From positions 1,302,001 to 1,366,000 of the forward strand of contig ML996688.1 of the NCBI GenBank assembly GCA_010356995.1: DNA of 64,000 nt, read 5' to 3'. Under the pieces are notes generated by a model that did not search any database, had not been told where the DNA came from, and saw nothing but the letters and a program-made list of their open reading frames with translations. The stretch is from Trichodelitschia bisporula. Taxonomy: Eukaryota. The translations under genes and the position numbers were made by a program. Position 1 is the first letter of the stretch. Each line of letters starts with the position of its first letter. Below are positions 11,101-22,706 of this stretch, one piece after another.

Positions 11101-13131
11101 GATGGGTGCCGCGAAGTCGGCTTCCGGCCAGGCGGTATAATACCTGACCACATACGGATGATTGAGGCGAGACAGCAGCATAACCTCGGAGAGAACCTTA
11201 GTAAGGGCCGACTCAGAGTTTTGGCGCACCTTCTTGATGGCATATATGCAATGATCCAGCTTGTTGCGTGCTTTGACAACTTCACCGTATCCACCCTTGC
11301 CCAGACGGCCGACTTCAACCCACTCTTTCTCATAGCGTGACACTCCAGCCAAAGGATTGGAGCCACGTCTAGAAAATCGGTCAGCCAACTGGGGTAAAGA
11401 AGCGGATGAGGATGGCCCTTGATACTCAGACGAAATGGGGCCCGCCAACAACTCTACGTCATTGCGAAGAAACTCAGACGGAATCAGATTGAAAGCGTTC
11501 GGGCGATGCTGCGCGGTAGGATGAAAAAACTGGCCTATAAGCTTATCAAGTGGAGCAGTCAACGGAAGCGTGTCTCTCAGCGACGCAGGCCCGTTGTGTT
11601 TGTCCGGAATGTCGGCCCCAAAAAGCATTTGCAGAAACACAACACCGAGGTCCCATATATCGGTCTTGCGGGACTTGATTGAACTGCCCTCCGGAGGAAT
11701 CCAGAAGGAAGAACGGGCGCTAAGACGCTGGGACGGCTTTGACAGGTTCTTGATTTCGTAAAGATAATCCTGGTATTCGCAATCTGCCAGCACTGTGTTC
11801 ATCGGAGATCCCGTTGAAGACTGGCTAAGTAAGATGTTGCCTGGGTGGATGCGCCGGTGTACCACGCCATGCTTGTGGTAGAAGTCAACGGCCTCGAGGA
11901 TTTCAACAGTCCATGGTCGCGCTCGATCGAGTGGTACGGCATGAAAAGTGGAAAGCATGTCCTCCAGGGATCCTTTTGTGGCAAGACCGGCGAGCACTGA
12001 AACTTGCCATCCGTCTATCACAGGCCGGATGACGAAGTCGAGTACACCGAGAACATTGCCGTGGCTCGGGAGATTTCTGAGGTTCTCCAGACACTCTTCG
12101 AGCCGCTCAACTCGGTTCTTGAGTTGACTGTGGCGGTCCTTCGGTTGTCGTATAGTGACCTGCTTGAGGACAAGGAGTGCCGGGCAGACAGAGAGTTCGT
12201 CATCTTGTCCCTTGGAAATGCGGTAGGTCGGCGAGGCGGATTCATCAGCCACCGGGCGAACCGTGTAGGGAGCTGTCAAGGGTCCGGTTGGGAGCTTCGT
12301 GAATCCAGTCACCGACCGGAAAACGACCGTCTCGCCTCCATTTTGGAAGGCGACCGGTCGGTCAAAATTGAAGAAGTCGGCGTTTGGCGTCATATTGGAG
12401 TTAAGTCGTTGCAGTGGTGCCAATTGAGATTTGTTTTTCCGGCGAAGGTCAGTCTGCCGGTTGTGCTCCTTTTCGATGAGCTCCTGCAAGGACCGTTGTT
12501 CTTCCGCCGCTTCGGCCTCCTTCTTCTTTAGCTCAAACTCTTCCTGCTCCTGCGCGAGCCTACTGGTCGCGGCCTGCTGTTCGGCCCGCTCCTCTTCAAG
12601 GCTTGGCATAGCCTTTCGTTCGGCCTTGTGTTCGGCCTCAACGGCGAGTACATCGAGGACTGCCAAGGCGATATCGTGAATCATCACCTGACCGATCAAT
12701 TCCTTCGGTTTCGACTGAAGCAGATGTCTGATGGCCTTTTGAGCTTTTGGTCGGATCCCAACTGGATCTTCCATTGAGATGATAGGGGAAGTTTTAGGAT
12801 AGGTTGCCGTGAGCTGGACGAAAAGAACCAGAGATATCTCCGAGTCTGTCGAGTCCCTTAGGCGCAAACGGAATGCCTTATCTGAGGCTTTGCTCCACGC
12901 ACCCTTGATGGGCACATCCTCGTACTCTTCAGCATATATTGCCTGCAGAGCCTCGACTTCGTCACGCTGCTCTTGGGCGTAGTCGATGGAAACAGAAGCC
13001 GAAGGTGCGGGCGGGGGAGCACTGTTTGGAGTTTTTGGAGTCTTGGGGGTCTTCTTGGTCGCTGGAGATTTGCGGCCACCAGGTGGCGGCGGCGCACGAT
13101 GGGGTGTTTGCCATTGAGTTGGTGGTGCCAT
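8107..13131 (-). CDS. GCN2: eIF2-alpha kinase GCN2 (CPC-3/CpcC), apparently intronless
   Basis: RWD domain (EQRDEVEALQAIY..YPKTSP), pseudokinase, kinase with GKGGYG, acidic insert, LYIQMEYCEK, HRDLKPDN and DFG, then a HisRS-like domain (LAAGGRYD). First ATG at 13131. Confidence 0.97.
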   Translation of the reverse strand: MAPPTQWQTPHRAPPPPGGRKSPATKKTPKTPKTPNSAPPPAPSASVSIDYAQEQRDEVEALQAIYAEEYEDVPIKGAWSKASDKAFRLRLRDSTDSEISLVLFVQLTATYPKTSPIISMEDPVGIRPKAQKAIRHLLQSKPKELIGQVMIHDIALAVLDVLAVEAEHKAERKAMPSLEEERAEQQAATSRLAQEQEEFELKKKEAEAAEEQRSLQELIEKEHNRQTDLRRKNKSQLAPLQRLNSNMTPNADFFNFDRPVAFQNGGETVVFRSVTGFTKLPTGPLTAPYTVRPVADESASPTYRISKGQDDELSVCPALLVLKQVTIRQPKDRHSQLKNRVERLEECLENLRNLPSHGNVLGVLDFVIRPVIDGWQVSVLAGLATKGSLEDMLSTFHAVPLDRARPWTVEILEAVDFYHKHGVVHRRIHPGNILLSQSSTGSPMNTVLADCEYQDYLYEIKNLSKPSQRLSARSSFWIPPEGSSIKSRKTDIWDLGVVFLQMLFGADIPDKHNGPASLRDTLPLTAPLDKLIGQFFHPTAQHRPNAFNLIPSEFLRNDVELLAGPISSEYQGPSSSASLPQLADRFSRRGSNPLAGVSRYEKEWVEVGRLGKGGYGEVVKARNKLDHCIYAIKKVRQNSESALTKVLSEVMLLSRLNHPYVVRYYTAWPEADFAAPISSSEEAILDDESSSELTGAGEGWTNYGQSTGGLDFINSDVKGEFGDDIVFGYSSQSSEASDDDDDEQEQGENQNEAYEEDDEDSDDFANDVETGESPKEMTRQRRHSSTKTMRPVKSTLYIQMEYCEKQTLRDLIKKGLPQSPEESWRLFRQILEGLVHIHSLGIIHRDLKPDNIFIDNSNNPRIGDFGLATTGQYQVADTGVAGSGAPGEMTRSIGTALYVAPELRTGASGTYNDKVDMYSLGIIFFEMCYPLNTLMERIKTIEALRQKEHNLPSELQVPEKALQSEIIESLVSHRPAERPTSAELLRSGKIPVKIEDETIRVALDGLSDPNSPYYHKMMSALFSQNPDRQAKEYTWDHAKSTTTTDSDANHLLLQGLVKERLSMIFRRHGAVETQRQLLLPRSAHNTHTKVVQLLDSSGTLVQLPFDLTLPYARAIARKYPAAEKTFTFGRVYREASVGGPPVSTKQADFDIVSKDTLDLALKEAEVIKVMDEVIEEFPAFASSPMCFWLNHSDLLELIMDFSRVDLPQRPAVKEVLSKLNVYGFDWQQARTELRSSGLGISSTSLDDMVQFDFRETPQKAFAKLRSIFSEKKEYLDRTRAIFSHLETIINYLDHFEVKRKTFIYPLSCYNEKFYAGGVLFQCVVDTKRRDILAAGGRYDHLIQELRFKVQPQDQGTSCHAVGMHISWDRLVTGMTRYQRSQGKSATFLKSKSKASANSNQDKEKEVTSAIGPWFPRRCDVLVAAFDPTVLRTTGVRTVAELWAHDISAELAFDARSHEMLMNHYRDSPHAWLVIIKHDHAASAASAKPDVKVKNLLTRTDTDVKSENLVQHLRAELRERDHRDKTAVLQAQRPLGGAAAAPMASERKQNVHVLIAQHRSKKSNKWHVVESAQTRAQALLGEYSEAPIVAVETRDEVLDGIRGLRLSDSEGWRRLVQSLPVADRDYVRQMQQLLEGFRAEWLDDGGTQTGVEGRSRMAFVHNFRTGHIVLFDLGL

Positions 13132-13751
13132 GGTTCTGGAGTTATCATTTACGGTGCGTGACGATGAACGGAGCACACGAGAAGTTGGATTGAAGAGAGA
13201 CACAAGCTCCACGGCGGAGCTTGGCCGTATGTTCTACCCAGAAACCATGGTTTTCTCGGCGATTAGGTGATCTTGACTGTCCCCAGGCCCGAGGAGTGTT
13301 GTACTAATGACCTCTATGTGTAGATGTCGAGGAGTCACCCATTCATATTTGACTGTCGTGGTTCTTTCGCCAAGCCGCTAAGCATGCCCCTCCGAAAGCG
13401 CGAAGCGCCACAGTGGCACAGCAACCCACCAAGCTATGTTTGGATGTGGCATCGCAACAAACACTTCTCCAAACAACGCGACTTCACCTCAACACCGTCA
13501 CTTGCACGCACCACCACAGTTATCGAAAGTCTCTGTCAATACTGTCGGCGTGTAAATCTAACTCTTCAACTCGCTTTAGGCGTTAAACCCCAGCAATTGC
13601 CCTCGGTCGCCTGCCGTCAACAAATCCGACACACCTGTCGCATGTATCTTTGATCCATATTCTGCGTCTCTAGTTCGAATAAGGCTCCATCCACACCTTT
13701 ACTACAGTCAACACAAGTGGGAGATATTTTATTCTCAGCTGGAGTGTGACG

Positions 13752-15413
13752 ATGCTATCATGGTGGTCGGCCCCTCAGGGCCCAGCGTCTGGTAGTTCAT
13801 GTGAACAGAGCAACGGCCACTGCTTACAATCTCTAGGGTCCGTCGACGACACCGTACTCGACGCCCCCGAAACTCCAGCTCCGGTCTTTGCGGTGCGAGC
13901 CTTCAAACATGCTATCTGGGGCACACCACAACCTCTTCCCACCACAGCGAGAACGTACCTCAGACCACAACCAGAGAAACAGCCTGCGAAGTCTCTCGAT
14001 ATCCCTACCCTGAGCCTCCCAGATTTGAATGAGAGTCAACCTCCGCCTTCACCGACCAAGGGCATTCTTCTCACACCCGGCACTGCGCGAAGCCGCAAGC
14101 AAGTGTCATTTGGCATGCAGGTTGTGGATAATGAGGGCAAGAGACCGAAGGTTGGAAGGGCCCTTTCTGCAGGGAACGGTCCTGCGAGACTCCAGGGCAC
14201 ATTTACTTCGAAAGCGGTAGAAACTGCTCCGAAGCAGGATGGCCCGTTCCCGGCCCTTAAGCCTCGGGCAAAAGACGATGCGGACATCACCCTGGATTTG
14301 TCTGAGCCGCGTTCTGAGTCTGGCCGGTACTGGAAAGAGCAATATATGACATACTCGGCAAAGAGCGAAGACGAGGTTCGCAAGCTGATTCAGAAGCAAA
14401 AGATTGCAAAGGACTATGCGAAGAAGAAGGATGAGGAGGCACGCATATTGCAACGCCAGCTGGAAGAGGAGCGTGCGAGGCGTCGTGAGCGTGAGCAGGC
14501 GCTTGAGGCGCAGGTCAAGGAGCTGCGCGAGCGTCTGCGCAAGGCAATGACGGTCAACGCAAAGTCCAGTGCCGAAATCACCAGTCTCAAGATGCAGGTC
14601 GATGCGGGCGAGAACATCAAACGCTCCGAGAGTGTTCCGGCCATTCGTAACATTGATCTCAGCGTCATGGACTCAGCAATCGCACCAACACCTGCCCCGA
14701 GCGATCTGCAGGCCGACTCCATCCTTCAGGCTACTCACTCCCCTCAGCAGGTGACGGACTTCAGCATGGCGCGCTACCCTTCGAGGCACGACCGCGGTAG
14801 ACGCCCCATCCGCGTTCGCCGCGGGTCCGACTCCATGATGAGCATCAACAGTAATCTCGACTCGCGCCCTCGGCCGAGATATGCCCGTACGACACAAGCC
14901 GAATCCCCACTGAAGCCACGCGACCCGAACATCGAGACGGCATCACCGCAACGCTCAACTACACCGCGCAACCGAGACAAACCACCCGTGTTCAGGTCGG
15001 CGAGTGTGCGGTCCATGAGCCTTGCGTCCACTTCACGTCAATCACTCATAGAGGCGGCCAAGGAGCAGCCGCCTCCTAAGGAGCTCACAGCGTCCAACTC
15101 GGGCCTGTGGGACATCCCGGACCCCAGTGAGATGATGTTCGACTCCAATGCGCCGCTGCAGGCGCTCGGCATGCAGGCGGATCAGCCGGTGACACCGTCG
15201 CGTGGGGCGCGTCGGAAAGCGGCGCGCGTGCCTGCTGCTGGTCCGGTTGTCTCGGCCCCGGCTCCGGCCCTGGCTCCGGTCAGGGCGTCTCCTCCCATTC
15301 CCGTGAGGAAGGCGAGTGTGCCCAAGGACCTGGAGGTGGAAGTGCCGGATCGACTGGCAGCAGCACAGGCGAGGATTTTGGCAAGAAAGGCGCAGAGAAA
15401 GGCGGCAGCCTAG
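13752..15413 (+). CDS. Spindle pole body-associated Cut12-domain coiled-coil protein
   Basis: PETPAPVFAVRAFKHAIWGTP, GILLTPGT..KQVSF and ITLDLSEPRSESGRYWK motifs followed by a coiled coil. Probable 45-nt intron 13792-13836. Confidence 0.8.
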   Translation: MLSWWSAPQGPASGSSCEQSNGHCLQSLGSVDDTVLDAPETPAPVFAVRAFKHAIWGTPQPLPTTARTYLRPQPEKQPAKSLDIPTLSLPDLNESQPPPSPTKGILLTPGTARSRKQVSFGMQVVDNEGKRPKVGRALSAGNGPARLQGTFTSKAVETAPKQDGPFPALKPRAKDDADITLDLSEPRSESGRYWKEQYMTYSAKSEDEVRKLIQKQKIAKDYAKKKDEEARILQRQLEEERARRREREQALEAQVKELRERLRKAMTVNAKSSAEITSLKMQVDAGENIKRSESVPAIRNIDLSVMDSAIAPTPAPSDLQADSILQATHSPQQVTDFSMARYPSRHDRGRRPIRVRRGSDSMMSINSNLDSRPRPRYARTTQAESPLKPRDPNIETASPQRSTTPRNRDKPPVFRSASVRSMSLASTSRQSLIEAAKEQPPPKELTASNSGLWDIPDPSEMMFDSNAPLQALGMQADQPVTPSRGARRKAARVPAAGPVVSAPAPALAPVRASPPIPVRKASVPKDLEVEVPDRLAAAQARILARKAQRKAAA

Positions 15414-16615
15414 AGTGTTCGCAAGTGTAGGGAAGGCGAAAGGCGTTTACAATACCCCATGGCGTGCAATTCTTCTTGTTTTGACGGGTTGGAGTTATTT
15501 GTTTCCATTCATTTCACAACAGGGACAGAGGGATCAGGGTAGTGATAGCGCAAGCACGATCGGGTCCCGTCACCATGGGCCAGCAGCCTGCAAACGGATG
15601 ATATCCACAAAAAAAAGCTTGTACATTGAAGAAGCGTGCGCTACATTGTCTAGAAAGTGAAGAAGCACTGAGGCTGCCCAAAATACGATTGAGGCGCCGG
15701 GAGCGGCGCAAAGTATGGCTGGTTTCGTGGCTGAAGACCGGGGGGTTGGGGGGGGGGGCTAGGTAGGGTGTTTGATTGGAGTGATTTGGCCGGCGGACCT
15801 CATCATTCCAGGAATAAAGAGTGGATGTTGTTTCGGTGAAACGTTGACGTCGTGCCGCATTGCTTGTGCAGACACAACAACGGCTTTCTCTGCTGGGGTG
15901 AGGCGGCGAGGGAACCAAGGGGACGAAGGAAACGAAACGAGCCAGGGAGGAGGGAAATGGGGAGGAATTAGCAGGGAGGGCAGGGCGGGGTAGGGAGTAC
16001 TGTAGACGACGGAGAGGATATGGAAGAGGAAGAGGAAGGAAGAGGGCATCAGGACAAGAGCGGACAGATATGGATACTCCGTAATCGAGGCTGTCGATTA
16101 CGTCGGTAGTTGGGGTTTGTCCTATTGCGCGGACTTGGAGTGCATGCATATTGCATTGAAAGCGGGACAGAGAACAGCTGAGGATGCGGGTATCAAAGTA
16201 TCACCTGCGAGTTCATGCAGGACACGCGGGAGCGAGCTCCTAGCTTGCCACTACTTCATCCAATGTAATTTGAGCATTCGACTTGCTTTTCGGCAGAGGG
16301 GAAAAAAGATTGATGTCGACGTAGGCAGTACATATGTATCCAGGGGAGGAAGAGTATCGTCAGGAGAGGAGAGAGTGAGAGAGTGAGAGTGATACCCGGG
16401 TAGATAGAGGAAGAGGAGCGTAAACATAGTGTCCAGCGATCTGATGAGTCGCGGATGCACTGGCTCATATGCCACGGGTCGTTCCTATCTCCTTTCTACC
16501 TACACAGTACCCTCCGTACACAGCACTCTTTCTGCGCTTCCCCTTCGCTATTTTCCCATCCCTCCCCGTTCTGCTCTCTGTGTCATTTCACCCGTTGTCT
16601 CTCCGCAAGCCTCCC

Positions 16616-16638
16616 AACAACAACAACAACAACAACAA
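16616..16638 (+). repeat. (CAA)n microsatellite
   Basis: About 8 tandem CAA units in the SMI1 leader region. Confidence 0.9.
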
Positions 16639-17591
16639 CACACACTGCAACACGAACGACGCGTCTAGACTTGCGCGCATACCGCCCCACTACCCCTCAA
16701 CCTCATCATCTTCAACACCTCAACCCCTCCTCCTGTTAAGCGACAGAAGACACAACGGCTTCTTTAGGGGTGGCGCTCGGTTTGGCTTGAAAGACTTGGC
16801 GTTTTATTTGTGGACTGGACTGGCGTTGTGGACGGTGGTCAACGGGCAATTAGTATCGTCCCCTAACTGGCCAGACCGCACGCCCTAAGGGAAAGCTGGT
16901 GGAGAATAATCGGCCAGCGGCGAAGGCGCGCGAAAGCCTCTCTCCTTCACTACATCCGTACACGGTACTCTCTGCATCCGCCTGCAAAAACACACACAAA
17001 CCCGCCCAACTGCACCCACGGCTGCAAGTCGAACGGCACCAACGCAATTCCCGAGAGAAACCGTTGAACCTTTATTCTCTCCTTACTAACCATTTCCCGT
17101 CTCTCTCCCTTTCTCTCTCCTCTCTCTCTCGCAAGCCCACAACGTACACAAGACACACCAAGGTCAACGTCACCTCTCTCACTCTTGCAAGTCTCTCGCT
17201 CTTTCGCCACCTCCGCCAACTTCGACCCAGAAAGCGACGTCGAAGGCGTAAGGGTCTCTCGCCGGCGCCCTCCCCCTTCTCCATAGTGTCGTCTTTCTCG
17301 CCCAGTCGCTCCTGATCCCACCCCACTCACCAAACAATCCCCGACTCTACCTCTTTGTGTCCGCTTCCGACTTCTTCGTTCGTTTCCAGCAACACAAACA
17401 AACAGTCACAAAACACCCCCAACGGTCTTTTCCACAACCTCTGCTGTCTACCGAAAACACCAACATTCAGAGCGCAGCCTTCTCGCTTGCAAACGTCTCT
17501 GCGTACACGTACTGCTGCTACCTGCGATCCGTAAACCTTCGCTCAAAAAAGGACCGACGAACTGTCTGCAGCCAGCGGTGCCGTGCCTGCA

Positions 17592-19287
17592 ATGGCACCT
17601 TCGTAAGTTGCCTACTCTCTCTCCCCTTTATGAATACCCTCCTCCCCTAACAATTACTTCTTGCAGTCTCATTACCGAAGGATGGCGGTCCTTCTGGCAC
17701 ACAATGCTCTCCAACGACCGTCACGCCTCTCACGACTCCCCCTACCGCAGCGGCTCCCACGTCCCCCTGCCGCAGAGCCGCCACGCCCCACTCACGTCTG
17801 TGGCCACCTCAGCCCTCGAGTCGCGCTTCGACCTAAACTCCCCGGCCGGGCCCGACGACAATGCCACTGCTTTTCGCACCAATGGCCGCATGTCGCCTAA
17901 CTCGCCCTACTCGCCGGGTATGCGGTCGGCGCTGCACCGCCAGTCGACGGACCGCAGTTCGGCGCGTGGCTCGGAGGAGAAACAGCCGGCGACGGAGATC
18001 CAGATGCAGAGCTTTGCCGACGGCCTGCCACCGCCGCCGCCCGTCGGCCACTCGTGGCGGCGCATTGACCGCTGGGCCGAGGACCACTACGAGGAATTGT
18101 TTGACAACTTGGGCGAGGGCGCGACACTCAATGACGTCAACGAGTTGGAGCACGAGCTCGACTGCACATTGCCTATTGAGGTGCGGGAGTCGCTCATGAT
18201 TCATGACGGCCAGGAGCGCGGCGGCAACCCTACGGGTATCGTCTTCGGATGCATGCTGTTGGACTGTGAAGAGATTGTCGACGAGTGGAAGAACTGGCGC
18301 CTCGTCAACGACCACTACCTGGCATCTCGTCCGGAGTTTCTGGATTCGCCGCAGACGCCGCAGATTCCCGTGCGCGCCTTCGCCGGTCCTTCCTCGTCCT
18401 CAAAGCCCATCATTCCCAACGCCCAGCAACAGGTCGCCAACCCTCTCTGGCGCGACGAACTTCTCAACCGCCAAGGCTCACAGCCGCCTAACACAGTGCA
18501 AAAGGCGTATGCGCACCCAGCGTGGATTCCTCTCGCGCGTGACTGGGGTGGCAATCTTATTGCTGTGGATCTGGCGCCGGGGCCAATGGGCAAATGGGGA
18601 CAAATCATTCTCTTTGGGCGCGATTATGACACCAAGTTTGTGGTCGCGCGGTCGTGGTCCGCCTTCCTGGCCTCGCTGGCCGACGACCTGACGAGCGGGA
18701 GCAAAGTACGCATTGACGAAGAGACGGGTATGCTCAGCCTCAAGCTGTTCAAGAACGCCGATCCTCCCTACATGGAAATTCTGCGCTGGCGCTGCGATCA
18801 GAAGTACGGTCGGCGGCTGCGGCCGGCGGACGATAAGCGTCGCTCGCGGCCTGCGTCTGGTCTCCGTATCAATTCGGATGTCGGCGGTGCGGCGCCTCCG
18901 TTCGATTCCTTGAGCAATGCATCCCCGTATGCCAGTCCGACGGCTTCGGAGCGCGAGCGTGAGCGTGGTCGCTCCCCGCATAGGCTTAGTGCTGGCAATG
19001 GGAAGGCGCCGATTACCGTGAGTCCGCTGAGGCCGCATGTTTCGAGTCCGTTGGCGCGGGTGACGGAAGAGCAGGGTGGGTCATTGGTTGAGGGGTTGGA
19101 GAAGCTGGTGTCTGTGGATACGCCGCGGGCGAGTGCGGAGTTTGTTATCGTGGGCAATGGGGAGAAGGAGAACAAGAAGGGTCGGGGGTCGGAGGATGGC
19201 GTGGTTATTCCGTCCGTGGGGGCTGTGAAGGGCAAGGGGAAAGAGAAGGATGATGCGGTGGATGAGTTGAAGACGGTGGAGATATGA
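17592..19287 (+). CDS. SMI1: Cell wall assembly / glucan synthesis regulator SMI1/KNR4 (exons 17592-17602, 17667-19287)
   Basis: Intron GTAAGT..CCTAAC..CAG gives MAPSLITEGWRSFWHTM. SMI1/KNR4 motifs SWRRIDRW, HDGQERGG, HPAWIPLARDWGGN, GQIILFGRD. Confidence 0.93.
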
Positions 19288-20681
19288 TTTTGGTGTTTAG
19301 GGGGGGCTGATACGAGTAGAGGGGGTTCGAGCGTTCACCGACTGCGACTGTGCGCCGATACTACTTTGCACTGACTGCTGGAATTACACGATGGTCCTTA
19401 CGCTGTCTGCAACGAACTTTTGAGCGCACCGGCGCGCGAATGATGGGATGTGGCGGGGAGATGGATTGGAGGGGGAAGAGCGAGTGGGGGCGCGTGGGCA
19501 GTGCTGGATGGTTGCAAGCTTGGGCTTCGTCTTCGGCTTCGACATCTTCGCGCTGTCTGACCCGCCTCTTGCGCCCTTCGGCAAATAATGGACGACCCCC
19601 TCCATCGGCCTTTTTTTCTTCTATAGGCGTGTCATAGCGGATAGGTTAACCTGCATCGTTTTGAAGCGGTTCTTGGACAACGCGGTTTTATGTGGGGAAG
19701 GAAGGAAGAGGCAGGGGAAGAGCATATCTTTGCCCTCTGTAGCGGGCATTGGGGAAATATTAATTGGTGAATGACGAGCTTTTTTTTTGGTGTGTATACA
19801 TAGGTGTGCCGCGGGTGGTGGGTGTCGTTTGGGCGTTAGGGGACGTGGTGTAGGATAGATGGAAGCGGCTTGGGGGTGCGGCTTTGCCGATGATGTGGTA
19901 GTCTTGTAATCGTTTTTCTTTCTGATGGTGAGCTGAGATTAGGTGAGGGCTATGATGGGGGCGTGGAATGTACACTGAATGGTCGGGCAGTACAGTACAT
20001 AAAAGAAATGCGCCGCCTTTGTTATATCTCTCGTGGTGCGTGAACCATTAGTTCTAGTGATTCCACAATGCCCTTGGAAAGTGTGGATGGGCGCTACATT
20101 TGACATTACAATAAGATCGTCGCTTCGACCGTCCATTCTACCCTCATGCCGCGAGGCTCATTTACCATATACTGCTCGTTCGCCGTGCCAGGAACTTACC
20201 TTTTGCATTCCTCCACCACTTTTGCCCAGGGAATATCGACTCGAACGGGGACAGGGATGAGGAAACCGGATCTACAGCTTCTGCAGCACGAGGGGCTAGA
20301 GAAAACACTGTTAGCATCTGGCATTCGGTCGTCGATAAAGTGACAACACGCCCAAAACTCCACACGCGAACCCGAACCCGAACATGCGAACCGAAAAACG
20401 TCACAATTTTTTGCATTCAGACAGAAAACGAACACCGCTAAATCAACCAGAGTCCTTCCCTCATCACCTATCTTACCCATCATCCGCTAAGGCTTTACCT
20501 TTCTCTCCAAACGGCCCGGCAGCGAAGAACCCCAAGCATCGTTCGCGACCGGGGAGCGCGGTTTTCATACAACCTTCCTTTTTCGTACAAGGGAGCAGCA
20601 AGCAGCAGCAAGCAGCAACAACGACGCAGCAGCAGCAAGTAAACCCCAAAAACAAAGACAAGCCACTATTTTGCAACGAAT

Positions 20682-22524
20682 TTACAACTTCGCCGCCGGC
20701 TGGTTAGTGCTCACATTTGTAATCTCGTTGTAGAGGAGCCTGGTCACATGGTCAGCCTTGTCGTCCCCAAAATCCAGACAAGAAGCATCGGGAAAAAACT
20801 CACGAGGTCAAAAACTCCGCATAATCCTCGCCCGTAACCTGGCCCTCAAAGTACTTAGCCGCAAGATGGAACTTATTCCCCTTGGGCGCCTTCTTAGCCA
20901 GCGCGCTCGCCTCTTCATTGAGCAGCTTAAGCGCATACTCCTTCGTGACCTTCTTGCCATTGCTAGCCGTAACGCCATGCCGCACCCACTGCCACAGCTG
21001 CGAGCGCGACACCTCGGCCGTCGCTGCATCCTCCATGAGGTAGTTAATCGGCACGCAACCCACGCCACGCAGCCACGCCTCCATGTACGCTACGCCAATG
21101 CCCAGGTTCTTGCGGATGCCCTCCTCAGTGACCTGGCCCGGCACATTCATGTTGAGCAGGTCATTGGCCGTGATGTGCACTTCCTCGCGGCGCACGTGCA
21201 TCTGGTTCGGCATCGGCATGTGCGTGTTGAAGACGTCGCTGGCGATAGCAGCGAGCGCGGGGTGAGCGACCCAGGTGCCGTCGTGGCCGGCGCGCACCTC
21301 GCGCAGCTTGTCGGCGCGGACCGAGGACATGGCGGCGTCGTTGGCGGCTGGGTCGTCCTTGATGGGGATCTGGGCGGCCATGCCGCCCATGGCGTGCACG
21401 CCGCGGCGGTGGCAGGTCTTGATCAGGAGCTTGACGTAGGAGTCCATGAAGGGCACGGTCATGGTCACGCTGCTGCGGTCCGGCAGCACGAAGTTCGGGT
21501 TCTGGCGGAAGCGCTTGATCGTGCTGAAGATGTAGTCCCAGCGGCCGCAGTTGAGGCCGGAGCTGTGGTCGCGGAGCTCGTAGATGATCTGTGGATGTTA
21601 GCTTTCTGGACTCTCTCGTAGAATAGGCTGGGGGACGAACCTCGTCCATCTCAAAAGCAGCCAGGATGGTCTCAATCAGCACAGTGCCGCGGATGGTGCC
21701 GCGGGGAATGCCAATGTAGTCCTGGGCCAGGTTGAAGACGTCGTTCCACAGGCGCGCCTCGAGGTGAGACTCCATCTTGGCCAGGTAGAAGTAAGGTCCT
21801 GAGCCGCGCTTGATGAGCTCCTTGGCGTTATTGAAGAAGTACAGACCGAAGTCGAACAGACCACCCGAGATGGGCTCGCCGTCGACGACGAAGTGCTTCT
21901 CATCCAGGTGCCAGCCACGTGCACGGCAGATGAGGGTGGGTAGCCGACGGTCGGTCCGCAGCTTGTACCACTTCTCGCCCTGCTTGAAGTCGACCTGCCG
22001 CCGGATGGCGTCGTGCAGGTTCAGTTGGCCGTTGATCATATTGTCCCAGGTAGGGGCGGTGGAGTCTGTACCGGGACGAGTTAGCATATTGAGAAACCGT
22101 TTGATATATAATCCTCTTAAGTCACTTGCAACCCACCCTCAAAGTCGGCCATGTACGTCCACACATCAGAGTTGAGCGCATTCACAACCATCTTGCGGTC
22201 CGTCGGGCCCGTGATCTCGACGCGGCGGTCGACGAGGCCAGGAGCAGGCCGCGCTCCCCGCCACCCATCATTCTCACGGATGTGCTTAGTCTCCGGCAGG
22301 AAGTCGGGCAGAACGCCCTTGTCGAGCTCGGCCTGGCGAATGACGCGGCGCTGCAGCAGGGCCTTGCGGGTGTTGTTGAAGGTACGATGCAGCAGGGTGA
22401 GGAAGACGGCAGCGTCCTGGCTCAGGATGGGCCGCGTCTTCTCGGAGAGCTGGCCGAGGATCTGCACATCCTTGAGGTAGGACTGAGCGTTGATGGCGGC
22501 GGGGACGGCGGGGTAGGAGGTCAT
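20682..22524 (-). CDS. MLS1: Malate synthase (glyoxylate cycle), 4 exons: 22524-22137, 22065-21641, 21588-20804, 20739-20682
   Basis: [57 protein letters not shown] motifs. The last exon ends PAAKL*, a PTS1. Canonical introns. Confidence 0.97.
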
Positions 22525-22706
22525 GATTGCGGTGGTAGCGGAGGTGATGGAGCTATGCGATTGGCGTTGATGTAGCTAGCTGTGACAATGGGGTTTTTTG
22601 GGGTTTTTTTTAGATGAACAAGTGTCAGGAGGATAAGAGGAGGTGCGGGGGAGGGGAGGGGAGTTGAGGATCAGAAGCAGCACGGGAAGCGCGGAGCTCA
22701 GACGGG

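Noticed and set aside
16899..16962. H/ACA snoRNA reading of the SMI1 leader structure (AGAATA box, ACA at 16960)
   Set aside because: The 3' hairpin is weak and the pocket-to-ACA spacing (about 11 nt) does not fit, so the element is left unassigned.
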